This document shows positions 33,160 to 42,886 of a stretch of 64,000 bases of DNA, piece by piece; the first letter of the stretch is position 1, and each line of letters begins with the position of its first letter. A model generated the notes under the pieces. It searched no databases. It was not told the DNA's origin and worked only from the letters and a program-made list of their open reading frames with translations. The stretch comes from Escherichia phage P896, in the sequence record OL451225.1; one strand, given 5' to 3'. Both the position numbers and the translations under genes were made by a program.

Positions 33160-34254
33160 ATGAAAGTAAAAGAACTCGATATTGATATTGCGAGTTTATT
33201 TAACGGAGGTTCTAAGACCTCCGCTGGGCAGTCAAAAGCTGCCCAGACTCAAGCTACTATTGTGGCGCAATATCCAGCAGAACGAGCTTCCGGTAATGAT
33301 TCTTCAGATGATATGCGAGTTAATGACCTTTATAAAAATGGTCTGTTATTCACGGCATACAATTTCAGTTCAAGAACATCTCCGGAATTACGCTCAGACA
33401 GGTCAAGCCAATTGACTTCATTAAAGAAAGTTTCCAATGGTGCTTCATTTAACCCGGTTAAAAGTTTAACATCTTTTACTAAATCGAAATTAACCGGCGC
33501 TGGCTCAACAGGTAAAAGTTTTGATTCGAACGCTGTTGCAAATATCCTATTGCCTCGTTCGAAGTCTGATGTAGAATCCGTGTCGCATCGATTCAATGAT
33601 GTTGGTGAGTCTCTTATTACGAAAGGCGGTGGCTCAGCTACTGGCATTCTTAGTAACATCGCATCGACTGCAGTTTTCGGCGCACTCGAATCAGTTACAA
33701 ACGGTGTAATGGCCGACCATGGCGAACAGATTTACACAACGGCAAGAAGCATGTATGCTGGTCCAGATAACCGGACAAAAGTTTACACATGGGAAATGAC
33801 TCCACGTTCGGCCCAGGACTTAATCCAGATAGTGAAGATATATGAGATTTTTAACTATTACTCCTATGGGGAAACCGGTAAAAGTTCGTTTGCTTCCGAG
33901 CTGAAAGAAAAAATCGATACATGGTATAAATCCACCTTCAAAAAAGAAGCAATCGATAACTTTGACGGCAAGTTGCTCGGTGAAGAGATAACAAGCTTCC
34001 TAACGAACGTTCTGGTGGTCTCTAACCCTACTATCTGGTATATCCGCAACTTCGGCGATACAAGCTCGTACGATGGTCGTGGGGAGCTATTTGGGCCGTG
34101 TCAGATTCAGAGCATAAGATTCGATAAATCCCCGGATGGTCATTTCGGTGGATTAGCTATTGCTCCTAACCTGCCATCGACTTTTGTACTTGAAATCACT
34201 TTCCGTGAAATCATTACGCTTAACCGTGGCTCATTATATGCGGAAGGTTTCTAA
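33160..34254 (+). CDS. 48: baseplate tail tube cap gp48
   Basis: 364 aa, same length as T4 gp48; T4 synteny. Confidence 0.9.
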   Translation: MKVKELDIDIASLFNGGSKTSAGQSKAAQTQATIVAQYPAERASGNDSSDDMRVNDLYKNGLLFTAYNFSSRTSPELRSDRSSQLTSLKKVSNGASFNPVKSLTSFTKSKLTGAGSTGKSFDSNAVANILLPRSKSDVESVSHRFNDVGESLITKGGGSATGILSNIASTAVFGALESVTNGVMADHGEQIYTTARSMYAGPDNRTKVYTWEMTPRSAQDLIQIVKIYEIFNYYSYGETGKSSFASELKEKIDTWYKSTFKKEAIDNFDGKLLGEEITSFLTNVLVVSNPTIWYIRNFGDTSSYDGRGELFGPCQIQSIRFDKSPDGHFGGLAIAPNLPSTFVLEITFREIITLNRGSLYAEGF

Positions 34255-35195
34255 TGTTTACTTTACAAGAATTTCAAACACAAGCGATTAATATCGACTT
34301 GCAGAGGAATAACCTTTTTAGTGTGGTCTTCGCGACCGCACCTTCCTCTAAATCTCAGAATCTTCTGGACCAGTTTGGTGGCGCATTATTCAGCAACCTT
34401 CCTGTTAACTCAGATTGGTTCGGATTAACACAAGGTGACTTAACTCAAGGGATAACAACTCTTGTTACTGCCGGGACACAAAAGCTTATTCGTAAATCAG
34501 GGATAAGCAAATATCTTATCGGGGCAATGAGTAACCGTGTTGTGCAATCATTATTAGGTGAATTTGAGGTTGGTACTTACCTGCTTGATTTCTTTAATAT
34601 GGCTTATCCAACGGCTGGTCTATTAGTTCACTCTGTTAAGCTTCCGGATAACACATTGAACTACGAAATGGACCTTAACCATAATGCGCCAAATATCAAG
34701 ATAACAGGGAGAGAATATTCTCCGTTGGTATTGAGTTTTAGAATGGATTCAGAGGCGGGGAACTTCAGAGCATTTAACGATTGGGTTAACTCTGTACAGG
34801 ACCCAGTTACCCAGCTAAGGGCTTTGCCTGAAGACGTTGAAGCTGATATTCAGGTTAACCTTCATTCGCGTAATGGGTTACCGCATACGGTTGTTATGTT
34901 AACTGGTTGTGTTCCTGTGAGTGTATCAGCGCCTGAATTGAGCTATGAAGGGGATAATCAGATAGCTACATTTGATGTTACTTTTGCTTATCGTGTTATG
35001 TCAACTGGTGCGGTGGGAAGAACTGCAGCATTAGAATGGTTGGAAGATAAGGTTATTAAAGGTGTATCTGGTATTAGTTCAGATAACAACTTGAACTCAG
35101 AAGTTGCCAAATTGAGTCGCTTGTCTGGTGCTCAATCTGGATTAACAAGTCTATACAATACGTTCACTGGTTCTGGGAGTCAACGTATATTATAA
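34254..35195 (+). CDS. 54: baseplate tail tube initiator gp54
   Basis: 313 aa; ATGA overlap with gene 48; T4 synteny. Confidence 0.9.
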   Translation: MFTLQEFQTQAINIDLQRNNLFSVVFATAPSSKSQNLLDQFGGALFSNLPVNSDWFGLTQGDLTQGITTLVTAGTQKLIRKSGISKYLIGAMSNRVVQSLLGEFEVGTYLLDFFNMAYPTAGLLVHSVKLPDNTLNYEMDLNHNAPNIKITGREYSPLVLSFRMDSEAGNFRAFNDWVNSVQDPVTQLRALPEDVEADIQVNLHSRNGLPHTVVMLTGCVPVSVSAPELSYEGDNQIATFDVTFAYRVMSTGAVGRTAALEWLEDKVIKGVSGISSDNNLNSEVAKLSRLSGAQSGLTSLYNTFTGSGSQRIL

Positions 35196-35202
35196 AAAGA
35201 AA

Positions 35203-35224
35203 GGGACCCGAAGGTCCCTTTTTT
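35203..35224. terminator. bidirectional terminator after gene 54
   Basis: GGGACCcgaaGGTCCC hairpin followed by TTTTTT. Confidence 0.65.
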
Positions 35225-35513
35225 ATTTGCGGAATGAAATGAAACCTGCTGCAGTCATGACAACTTCTTTCTTAGCAAAGACTGTAATTGCAATTGGTGC
35301 TTCGGACTCAAGTTGCCCAGTTACTACACCATTAAAAATATTTTCTGTTTGTTCAGAATTTACAAAGTTTTCAACAGGGCGAAGGTCAAACTTCTTATCT
35401 TCGCCAAACACGCGCCGCAGTTCATTACCCACCGCGCTGTCAAACTCTTCTGAAGCCGGGATAACATTCTCAACTACCAGTTCCTGACCATTAAAGCGAA
35501 AAGATGATTTCAT
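35223..35513 (-). CDS. hypothetical protein (alt.-1 position)
   Basis: Start at MKSSFRFNGQ with GAGGA RBS; 96 aa. Confidence 0.6.
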   Translation of the reverse strand: MKSSFRFNGQELVVENVIPASEEFDSAVGNELRRVFGEDKKFDLRPVENFVNSEQTENIFNGVVTGQLESEAPIAITVFAKKEVVMTAAGFISFRK

Positions 35514-35544
35514 TTTGTTTTCCTCATGTGCAATTGATATGAAC

Positions 35545-35574
35545 ATTGTATCGCACTTCCTTGTGCTTGTAAAC
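35545..35574 (-). promoter_or_regulatory. early promoter
   Basis: Minus strand GTTTAC, 18 bp, TACAAT. Confidence 0.5.
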
Positions 35575-35576
35575 CC

Positions 35577-37637
35577 CTACGAAAGGAATTTAGGAGGAAT
35601 AGCTTCCAAATTAATACAACTAGCAAGAATACCAAGACCTTGATTGACTTTCTTCGTTACCCCAGAGGATGCAAACGATGCAAAGTCAACAGATTCTGCT
35701 GGCTCTTCTGTTTCCTCGCCCTGATAAACGACAAGCTCACCAGTTTCCATCAACACATCACCATCATAGATAACTGCATTTTCATCCAGTTGGTCCGTAG
35801 TCTGGATATCAGCTTCCAGCATTTTGACGTTCGCGTTTCCTTGATACGAAGCATCAGTAATTTTGGTAATCTTAACTACAGTCCCACGAGGAAGAATAAC
35901 TTCCTGCTCGGACGGGTTGCTTGACAATTCCCCAGGAACAATTACGTTAATTAAGTCCGCCCCAGAAATTTTCCAACCAACATGCATCATTACGTGGTCG
36001 CGGCGTGCATCCGGCATATCTGGTAAAACAATTTCGTCATCAGCCTGGAAAGATGTCCCATCACGATAGTCCTGATGAACTGCAGCCATAGCAACGTTCG
36101 CCACCCAGCCACCAAAGATAATCGGTTTAAACGACGTTGATACATAGTTCCTGAAATAAAATAATTTAGATTTCTTAATTTTATCAAATGTAGGAACGTT
36201 TAAATATTGACCACGCCAAAGAGTTGTATTAGGCGGCAACTTATGTCCAATTTCAAAGGCCGAATCCAATTCCTTAATTGTTTCGACAACTCTGTCTAGA
36301 TTTAGGAATTCAGCTTCTTCTTCATAATATTTGCCCATCAAATAATTATTAATATCGGCATAGTTTGCTCCACAATAATCTGCAATTGCTTCTCGCTGGC
36401 CATAATGGAAACGGTTGTCAGTATACCCTGCTGTGAAATTAAGAGTATTTTCTGATGCTTCTTCGGCAAAGTCTTTAACTGCAACACGAATGGCGCTTGT
36501 GTATTCTTTTTCCCAGAGCGAGGCTGCATAAGTGGCTGCATCCAGGTTAGGAGGAGCATCATTCATTTTTCTTTCGATAAATGCGGCTTTGCGAAGGTTA
36601 AGAATCTCTGCGCATGATTCGGCAAAAATCTGCATCTGCTTCATACTACCAACCGGAGCACGTTTAAGTTCACGATGCATACGGTTAAAAATTGGGTCAG
36701 AGTCTTCAACACGAATTTCTTCTTTCCAAACACCATTTGCTCGCATAGCCTCATCTGCTGCACGCATACGAGCCATAGTATTCGTTTCAGAAGGTCGAAC
36801 AAAAATTTCCAGTTCTTCATAATCATCGATAAGTTCTGCCGTAGCCGGTCGACTAAACTTAGCAGCTTCTGCATCAATTTCGTCCCAACCGTCTGGTACG
36901 GAATCACTTGGAGCGTACTGGGCTTGTGCAATAGCTCGGCGACTGATTTTAGTTTTCTGGGCAACAGCAGCATCGGTCTTTTTGTTTGCTGCGTCAATCA
37001 GAACTTCGGCTGCGATTTCTTGTTTGGAGACTTGTGCGCCTGTATCTTTATTAGTGAATACATCGCCGACTTTAGTTTCAACTTTTTGATATTTCTCAGG
37101 GACCGGTGGCATACCATCAACCGAAAGCAGGTCAACACCCTTTTTGTACATAATTACATAAGCGTTCTTTTTACCGAGGCCGGAAGCATTCGGAAGAACA
37201 TGATAACGCCCGCTGGTTTTCATTTGAATCAGTCGATTCATAATACGAATAACAGCTTGGTCTTGTCCTTTCATCTTTTTGGATGGGAAACGGAACAAGA
37301 CTACATCAGGTTTGCCTAGTTTAATGCTTTCCCAGACTGTAACAAAAATCAGGTTAATCGCATCAAGAGGTTTTTCACCTAGACCACCCTTCAGAGGAAT
37401 AGCATGGCCATGTGAAGTCCCGGATAACAGGAATACCTCGGCAATTGCATCGCCACGTTTATATTGTTTAACTGTTTCTTTGCCCGTGAATTGCATCAAA
37501 CGGGCCATAAGAGAATTGGTCCCAGGAACACCGAATTGCCAAACCTGCGGGACCTTGTATTTTGGATTCATATTAATGACAGGATAACCGAAGGCTTCGA
37601 TATATTTGTCAAAGAGTTCATTTAATTGTTCAGACAT
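35577..37637 (-). CDS. alt: Alt-family ADP-ribosyltransferase (internal head protein), copy 1
   Basis: 686 aa; N-terminal LNE|LF motif of the prohead-protease type; C-terminal ART signature ...YVSTSFKPIIFGG...EQEVILPRGT. Confidence 0.85.
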   Translation of the reverse strand: MSEQLNELFDKYIEAFGYPVINMNPKYKVPQVWQFGVPGTNSLMARLMQFTGKETVKQYKRGDAIAEVFLLSGTSHGHAIPLKGGLGEKPLDAINLIFVTVWESIKLGKPDVVLFRFPSKKMKGQDQAVIRIMNRLIQMKTSGRYHVLPNASGLGKKNAYVIMYKKGVDLLSVDGMPPVPEKYQKVETKVGDVFTNKDTGAQVSKQEIAAEVLIDAANKKTDAAVAQKTKISRRAIAQAQYAPSDSVPDGWDEIDAEAAKFSRPATAELIDDYEELEIFVRPSETNTMARMRAADEAMRANGVWKEEIRVEDSDPIFNRMHRELKRAPVGSMKQMQIFAESCAEILNLRKAAFIERKMNDAPPNLDAATYAASLWEKEYTSAIRVAVKDFAEEASENTLNFTAGYTDNRFHYGQREAIADYCGANYADINNYLMGKYYEEEAEFLNLDRVVETIKELDSAFEIGHKLPPNTTLWRGQYLNVPTFDKIKKSKLFYFRNYVSTSFKPIIFGGWVANVAMAAVHQDYRDGTSFQADDEIVLPDMPDARRDHVMMHVGWKISGADLINVIVPGELSSNPSEQEVILPRGTVVKITKITDASYQGNANVKMLEADIQTTDQLDENAVIYDGDVLMETGELVVYQGEETEEPAESVDFASFASSGVTKKVNQGLGILASCINLEAIPPKFLS

Positions 37638-37646
37638 TTTTAACCC

Positions 37647-39521
37647 TTAATTGAGAAGGTGTACAAGTTTTTCCATAGACAAATCATAAGAGATTCTGTC
37701 ATATTTTTTCAAAAGCGAATTTGATTCGTCTATCTGGTCATTTTCTAAGATAGAGCATTCAACGAGAATGTATTTACCCATCGAACCCATCATGCCAGCT
37801 GTAGCACCATAGACTTTATCAATCTTAAGCATTGTTCCACGTGGAAGAATAACTTCGGTTTCAACGGACCAGTTTGCCAGGTCACCAGGAATAACTACCT
37901 TGATATTTTCTGCACCTTTGATAATCATACCAATCTTGATTGTAGGTTTCGCCGAACCAGTTGCACTTTTAATAGTTGCATCGATTGCCCCATCATCGAT
38001 ATCACTCGATAATGCATTTGGGTCAAGGTTCGCAGCGGTGTGGCCCATACGACCGAAAATATTTGGCGCCAGAGATGTACTCGCAAACATAGGAAGATAC
38101 ATCGTTTTATTTTTGATGGAATTAATTGCCATATCGGTTGGCATGACTTGAGCACGGTAGATGATAGTTCCTTTTGGAAGCTTAACACCGTTTTCAAATA
38201 CTTTATCCATATCGGAAATCATTTTGATTTCGCTTTCTTTTGCGTCAGCTTTCCCTAGCAGGAAATTATTGATTGCAGTATATTTTCCGCGAGTATATGC
38301 CTTAATTGCTTCGGCCTGGTCTTCAGTTATTTCAGGGTTGTCGGAGATATGAAATAATGGTTGGATGGCCTTGGTGTAAATTTCATCTGCGATAATACGA
38401 ATAGCTTCTTTAGTCTTATCTTCGCGCGCCCAGGTCCCCACAATGGAGTCGTCAAGCAACATATCAGCAACTCTGCGCAATGTATCAACAGGATTCTTTG
38501 AGGCCCGCAGGACGTTCGAAAACTCACTTATTTTGTGTTCCATGCCAACTTCTTTAAGAGCATTAAACACATCCATGGCTACACGAGTTTTTGTCTTATC
38601 TTCACCAACACCACCTTGTGCAACTAAATCAAAATAGTCTGCATACTCATCACCCGCACGGTCGATTACTTTTATTGAAGCTTTAGCTATCTGACTTTCT
38701 CTGGCATCATCTGCTGAATGCACTGCGCTACTGGTCGAGAGTTTTGTATAAATCTCTTTGTGCTCTGGTGAGAATTTAGCAAGGCCAGTTGGTTCGTTCC
38801 CCGAATACAATGCGTTAATAGCTGCGCGTTTAGAAAACTTGGTTTTAACAACAACTGCCTGGTCTGTACGTTTTTCTTCAACCTTTGCAATAGAGGCCGC
38901 AATAGCTTCATTCTTGGTAACAGTTTCGCCGGTGGCTTTGTCTACATAAACATCACCGACTTTCGATTCCACTTTTGTGTACAATTCGGTATTGATGCCA
39001 GGAATTCCGGCGATAGATTCAATTGGTTTGGATTTACGATAAATCAATACGTAAGTATGTTTACCCGTGTACTGATACATATCATCCAGAACTTTGAACT
39101 GACCGCCGGCACGGGCCATAATAAGCCGAGCAAGAACACGCTGAATAGTTCGTTCTTGTCCCTTCATTTTGCGGGTCGGGAAGCGGAACATAATTGCATC
39201 CATTTTCATCAGTTTTACTTGTTCGTAAACTACATCAAAAATGGATTTAATTGCTCCAATCGGGTTATCACCAAGACCACCTTTAAGAATAGCTGGAGTA
39301 CCGTTTGAATTTAATGACATCAAAATAACGTGTGCATACTTATCGCCAGTTTTGACCTGTTTAATAGCATCGCCTTCGGATGCGTAAGACACCATACGAG
39401 CAATAAGATTATCATTCCCCGGGACCTGGATATTCCAAATCTGTGGAACTTTTGACTTTGAAAGGTTAATGGCCGGGATATTAGATTCCCCTTCAAAAAC
39501 CTCTGACAATAATTCGGTCAT
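37647..39521 (-). CDS. Alt-family ADP-ribosyltransferase, copy 2 (tandem paralog)
   Basis: 624 aa; shares the N-terminal region with copy 1 (KVPQIW..., LKGGLG, RFP.KKMKGQ, TKVESKVGDV); ART signature ...FASTSLAPNIFG...ETEVILPRGT. Confidence 0.85.
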   Translation of the reverse strand: MTELLSEVFEGESNIPAINLSKSKVPQIWNIQVPGNDNLIARMVSYASEGDAIKQVKTGDKYAHVILMSLNSNGTPAILKGGLGDNPIGAIKSIFDVVYEQVKLMKMDAIMFRFPTRKMKGQERTIQRVLARLIMARAGGQFKVLDDMYQYTGKHTYVLIYRKSKPIESIAGIPGINTELYTKVESKVGDVYVDKATGETVTKNEAIAASIAKVEEKRTDQAVVVKTKFSKRAAINALYSGNEPTGLAKFSPEHKEIYTKLSTSSAVHSADDARESQIAKASIKVIDRAGDEYADYFDLVAQGGVGEDKTKTRVAMDVFNALKEVGMEHKISEFSNVLRASKNPVDTLRRVADMLLDDSIVGTWAREDKTKEAIRIIADEIYTKAIQPLFHISDNPEITEDQAEAIKAYTRGKYTAINNFLLGKADAKESEIKMISDMDKVFENGVKLPKGTIIYRAQVMPTDMAINSIKNKTMYLPMFASTSLAPNIFGRMGHTAANLDPNALSSDIDDGAIDATIKSATGSAKPTIKIGMIIKGAENIKVVIPGDLANWSVETEVILPRGTMLKIDKVYGATAGMMGSMGKYILVECSILENDQIDESNSLLKKYDRISYDLSMEKLVHLLN

Positions 39522-39546
39522 ATTGTTTTCCTTATAAAATATGATG

Positions 39547-39554
39547 TATTTATA
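39547..39554 (-). promoter_or_regulatory. late promoter TATAAATA upstream of the alt tandem
   Basis: Minus-strand TATAAATA 26 nt upstream of the copy-2 ATG, AAGGA RBS. Confidence 0.55.
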
Positions 39555-39579
39555 CGAAAAAAGGACCGAAGCCCTTTTG

Positions 39580-41121
39580 TTATTTTAATCCAGTCTTTGA
39601 CCAGTCGCCAAATACATCTTCGAATGTGTCTGCATGGTCTTTATCGAAACGGAACCCTTTGATAATCGGCAGGAACAATGCAACCGTATTATCTTTACGA
39701 GTCTCGGAAGTCAACCAACCATTACATTCACAGTCGGCAATCATTCCAACCAATTCGCCTTTACGGGCTTTAACCATCAAGGCTTCACGGTCCATTTCAT
39801 GACGCTCCTCAATCGGAATAGTAACCCATTTTTTGGTTTTCTTATCTTTAACTTGAGTTGTGTCTTTAAAACCAGAACCACAGTTATTTGTAATCTTACC
39901 ACAAGAAGAACGAAGCACAACACCACCAATCTTATTCGGGTCTTTATCGTGCTCGTAATATCCAATGATTTCCATTGCGATGTCAATTACTTCTTTGAAC
40001 TTGTACAAGTTCTTTGAGCGCTTGTTTTCCCAAATCGATGCCATGTTCTTAAGGATAATACCTTCAAGACCTTCATCCACATATTTCTTATAGATAACCT
40101 TCGCTTCATCGAGATTGTTAACAACATGGTTTTCAATCAGAATCATGCGGTCAAAACCATGCAGCACCACGTTATCTGCAATCATCTTTTCCAGAACAGC
40201 AAAACGCACATCGTATTTTAACGGATTGAGTATCTTAACATCAGAATAGACTTCAATCAATGGAACATAATCCCAAACCTGGAATTTCATGCAAGAAGCT
40301 TCTGCTGCAGAAATAGTTCCTTTCAATGATTTGTTTGCCAGACCATTTGAAAAGGTTCTTGATTCCGCGAATTCTGCGAATTCTTTTGCCTTACTAAGCT
40401 CAGGCATATCGTCAAAAAGGAAGCTCAAACCATCATTCTGGGGAGCTATTTTCTGTTCATGATATACTAACTCGCCGTCAATCAAAACGCCCTCAGGATG
40501 TCTCTCACGCGCTTCACGGGTAGCTTCAATCAATTCCTTTTTAAGGAGGTCAAGCTTGAGGTATTCGTTGCCAGCTCGGGATAACAATCGAACATCATCC
40601 AACTCATCGCCACGAACTTCTGCAAAACACCGAGCGCCGTCGGCTTTCAATTGTGCAAAGGCCGGGAACTTAATGTTCTTGGCAATACCGGCTTCATCAT
40701 AGGAAGAAGCGAGCATCTGCGGTTGTTCAGGAATTAAACCTTTCCAAACCTTATTTGCAATTGATACGGATGCCCCGCATTCCAGGTCACGCATCATAAC
40801 ACGCCGCAGGACTTCAACATCTGCTTTTTTACCATCAGCAATATAGCCAGATAATTCCTCGATTGCAGCATTACCTGTTAATTTACGAGAGGCTAATGTG
40901 AATTCAATAAAGTCAAGCATATCATCGATATTCAGCATACCAAAGCTTTGAGTCGTTGTCCCAGGTTTTGGCCATTTCTTAATATAGAACTGGATGCCTT
41001 TGGAATATGTCAAACGATACACACGTTTGAGGGTTTCATTGTCAGAATACGATTCCAGAATAGCTTGTTTCTCTTTAGTAGAATCGGTTGCAGCAATTTC
41101 ATTTAAAATATCTAAAATCAT
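39580..41121 (-). CDS. 30: ATP-dependent DNA ligase gp30
   Basis: 513 aa; MILDILNEIAATDSTKEKQAILE...; adenylylation motif KADGAR. Confidence 0.95.
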   Translation of the reverse strand: MILDILNEIAATDSTKEKQAILESYSDNETLKRVYRLTYSKGIQFYIKKWPKPGTTTQSFGMLNIDDMLDFIEFTLASRKLTGNAAIEELSGYIADGKKADVEVLRRVMMRDLECGASVSIANKVWKGLIPEQPQMLASSYDEAGIAKNIKFPAFAQLKADGARCFAEVRGDELDDVRLLSRAGNEYLKLDLLKKELIEATREARERHPEGVLIDGELVYHEQKIAPQNDGLSFLFDDMPELSKAKEFAEFAESRTFSNGLANKSLKGTISAAEASCMKFQVWDYVPLIEVYSDVKILNPLKYDVRFAVLEKMIADNVVLHGFDRMILIENHVVNNLDEAKVIYKKYVDEGLEGIILKNMASIWENKRSKNLYKFKEVIDIAMEIIGYYEHDKDPNKIGGVVLRSSCGKITNNCGSGFKDTTQVKDKKTKKWVTIPIEERHEMDREALMVKARKGELVGMIADCECNGWLTSETRKDNTVALFLPIIKGFRFDKDHADTFEDVFGDWSKTGLK

Positions 41122-41396
41122 TTAATATCTCTTCTGGTCATAAAGATTCTATTATAAGCTACTTCATCTTGAAGCTCATTTAAAGTCTTTTGATATGTAT
41201 TAATCCAACGTCTACCACGAGAGGTTGTTACAAAATACTCGGAGATGTAAATAAATCCTTGTTCAACACATTCCATGAATATTTTTTCATATCTAGCTTG
41301 GTTGTATAAAGGCTTTGCTCGTAAGAACTGTGTCACATTCCCGTAATCATGGGTAGAACATCTTCCGTCTGAAATATCATGAACGACAAACATCAA
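41118..41396 (-). CDS. hypothetical protein (30.1 position)
   Basis: 92-aa ORF, ATGA-coupled to the ligase gene. Confidence 0.6.
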   Translation of the reverse strand: MMFVVHDISDGRCSTHDYGNVTQFLRAKPLYNQARYEKIFMECVEQGFIYISEYFVTTSRGRRWINTYQKTLNELQDEVAYNRIFMTRRDIK

Positions 41397-42217
41397 TTAC
41401 CCCCTTGGCCACCGGTCGGTTGGTTGTACCAATATTCAATGCCAGTACCTACGCGTGGACCATATTGATATGGATATGCTGGATTATAACCAGGAGTCCA
41501 TGGTTGACCTGGTTGCCAGCCTTGTTGCATTTGTTGTTGAAGACGGCGAGTTTCACGAAACAGCTCTTCCAGTTTACGGAGTTCATCAGGGGTGAATTCT
41601 GGTTTGACTGGTTCATCTTTGTGTTTCAGTTTAAGCTGCCCAGCTACATCGTCCCAATTAAAAACTTTGGAAGCTGTTTTAGGAATAGCATCACGTTCAC
41701 CACGAGCCATCCAATAAACCGGAATCTCAAGGATTTCACTCGCATGGTCGCAATGGTGTGCAAGGTCATCAATATAACAAACGACATTATATTTGGTCTT
41801 CGCCTTCTGGAATAACTCTTCTTTAGAAGCTGTATGGCCGCACATCATCACTTCTTTAAATGCACCAGGGAACAAAGCATTCAGGTTGAATTGACGATTC
41901 AGACGGGCGTCAATGGAATCACCCAGAGCCGTAACAGCCACAAAATCATATTGCTCTTTGAGGTTATTAATAACCCTTAACGCATCTGCGTAAGGAGACA
42001 AATAGCGAATAAAATCTGAACAGTTATATTTCTCAATCAACTGTGCTCCCAACTCTTCATCACAATTGAACAGTTTACCAGGGGTCACAAATTTTTCATC
42101 CTGAATCATCTTAAGGATATGTTCCAGGGGTAAATTATATTTTTGGGCGAAATAAGGCAAGCCAGACTGCCATGACAAACATACGCCATCAATATCTGTT
42201 AAAATAACGGGTTTCAT
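41393..42217 (-). CDS. HAD-superfamily hydrolase (nucleotidase-like) with Q/P/G/Y-rich C-terminal tail
   Basis: 274 aa; N-terminal ILTDIDGV HAD motif I; C-terminal low-complexity ...QQQMQQGWQPGQPWTPGYNPAYPYQYGP... Confidence 0.7.
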   Translation of the reverse strand: MKPVILTDIDGVCLSWQSGLPYFAQKYNLPLEHILKMIQDEKFVTPGKLFNCDEELGAQLIEKYNCSDFIRYLSPYADALRVINNLKEQYDFVAVTALGDSIDARLNRQFNLNALFPGAFKEVMMCGHTASKEELFQKAKTKYNVVCYIDDLAHHCDHASEILEIPVYWMARGERDAIPKTASKVFNWDDVAGQLKLKHKDEPVKPEFTPDELRKLEELFRETRRLQQQMQQGWQPGQPWTPGYNPAYPYQYGPRVGTGIEYWYNQPTGGQGGN

Positions 42218-42699
42218 AATGCATCTCTCAATTGGTTAAGTATGTCAATAAATTCTTGTTCAGTCAATATTGTATCATGAACAGTAAGGTGACTCGCCAT
42301 CGAATGCTTTAAAACTTTGCCCTTTGTAGCTTGTAATGCGTCGCGGAATCCTTTGTTTTGGAGCGCTGCTTCAAAATAAGCATTTGTATACAACTCTTTC
42401 CATGATGTAGAGTATCTTGAAAAGGGAATTCCAAGCCAGAAAAGCGTCCCACGGTCCGCAGCTCTCGCATAAGCTCTTCCACTTTGCTGGGCGGCCAGGC
42501 CGGACATCCCAAATATACGTTTTTGTTGTTCATGATTTCTCACCTTACACCCTTGCAGGAAGCCTTCAAGACCTCCAAACTGGATGCCCTCCATAACAAA
42601 AGGCCATTTAGCAAAGTTACTTAATGCACATGATGGCCATGGGAAATTGCTTCTGATTTCTAACTCAGACATCTTTGACACTGATAATCTTGGTTGCAT
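42214..42699 (-). CDS. NADAR / YbiA-like (DUF1768) domain protein
   Basis: 161-aa ORF (start may be at MSELEIR, 42672); ...SNFAKWPF...EGFLQGCK... matches the YbiA pattern xSNFAxWP...EHYFQAQKF. Confidence 0.65.
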   Translation of the reverse strand: MQPRLSVSKMSELEIRSNFPWPSCALSNFAKWPFVMEGIQFGGLEGFLQGCKVRNHEQQKRIFGMSGLAAQQSGRAYARAADRGTLFWLGIPFSRYSTSWKELYTNAYFEAALQNKGFRDALQATKGKVLKHSMASHLTVHDTILTEQEFIDILNQLRDAL

Positions 42700-42877
42700 A
42701 CCACATACCGTGGTCCGGTAATCTGGATTTAATTGACCGCCCGCGATATGTTTTTCGCATTACAACAGTCTTAATAGCATCTTCATCACAAGCATATGGA
42801 GGTGATAAATCAATAACACGATAAGTAACTTCAACCATTTCCAAGCCAAACAGCTTTTTAAATAATTTCTTAATCAT
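42665..42877 (-). CDS. small hypothetical protein, tandem paralog A
   Basis: 70 aa; ...EMVEVTYRV.D.SP...IISVKD shared with the neighbouring ORF. Confidence 0.6.
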   Translation of the reverse strand: MIKKLFKKLFGLEMVEVTYRVIDLSPPYACDEDAIKTVVMRKTYRGRSIKSRLPDHGMWYATKIISVKDV

Positions 42878-42886
42878 GAAGGTTCC

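Noticed and set aside
36675-37319. 214-aa ORF on the plus strand
   Set aside because: Antisense within the alt copy 1 gene; no supporting signals.
39555-39580. Possible terminator hairpin between the ligase gene and alt copy 2
   Set aside because: The inverted repeat is imperfect, with mismatches in a short stem; not confidently a terminator.
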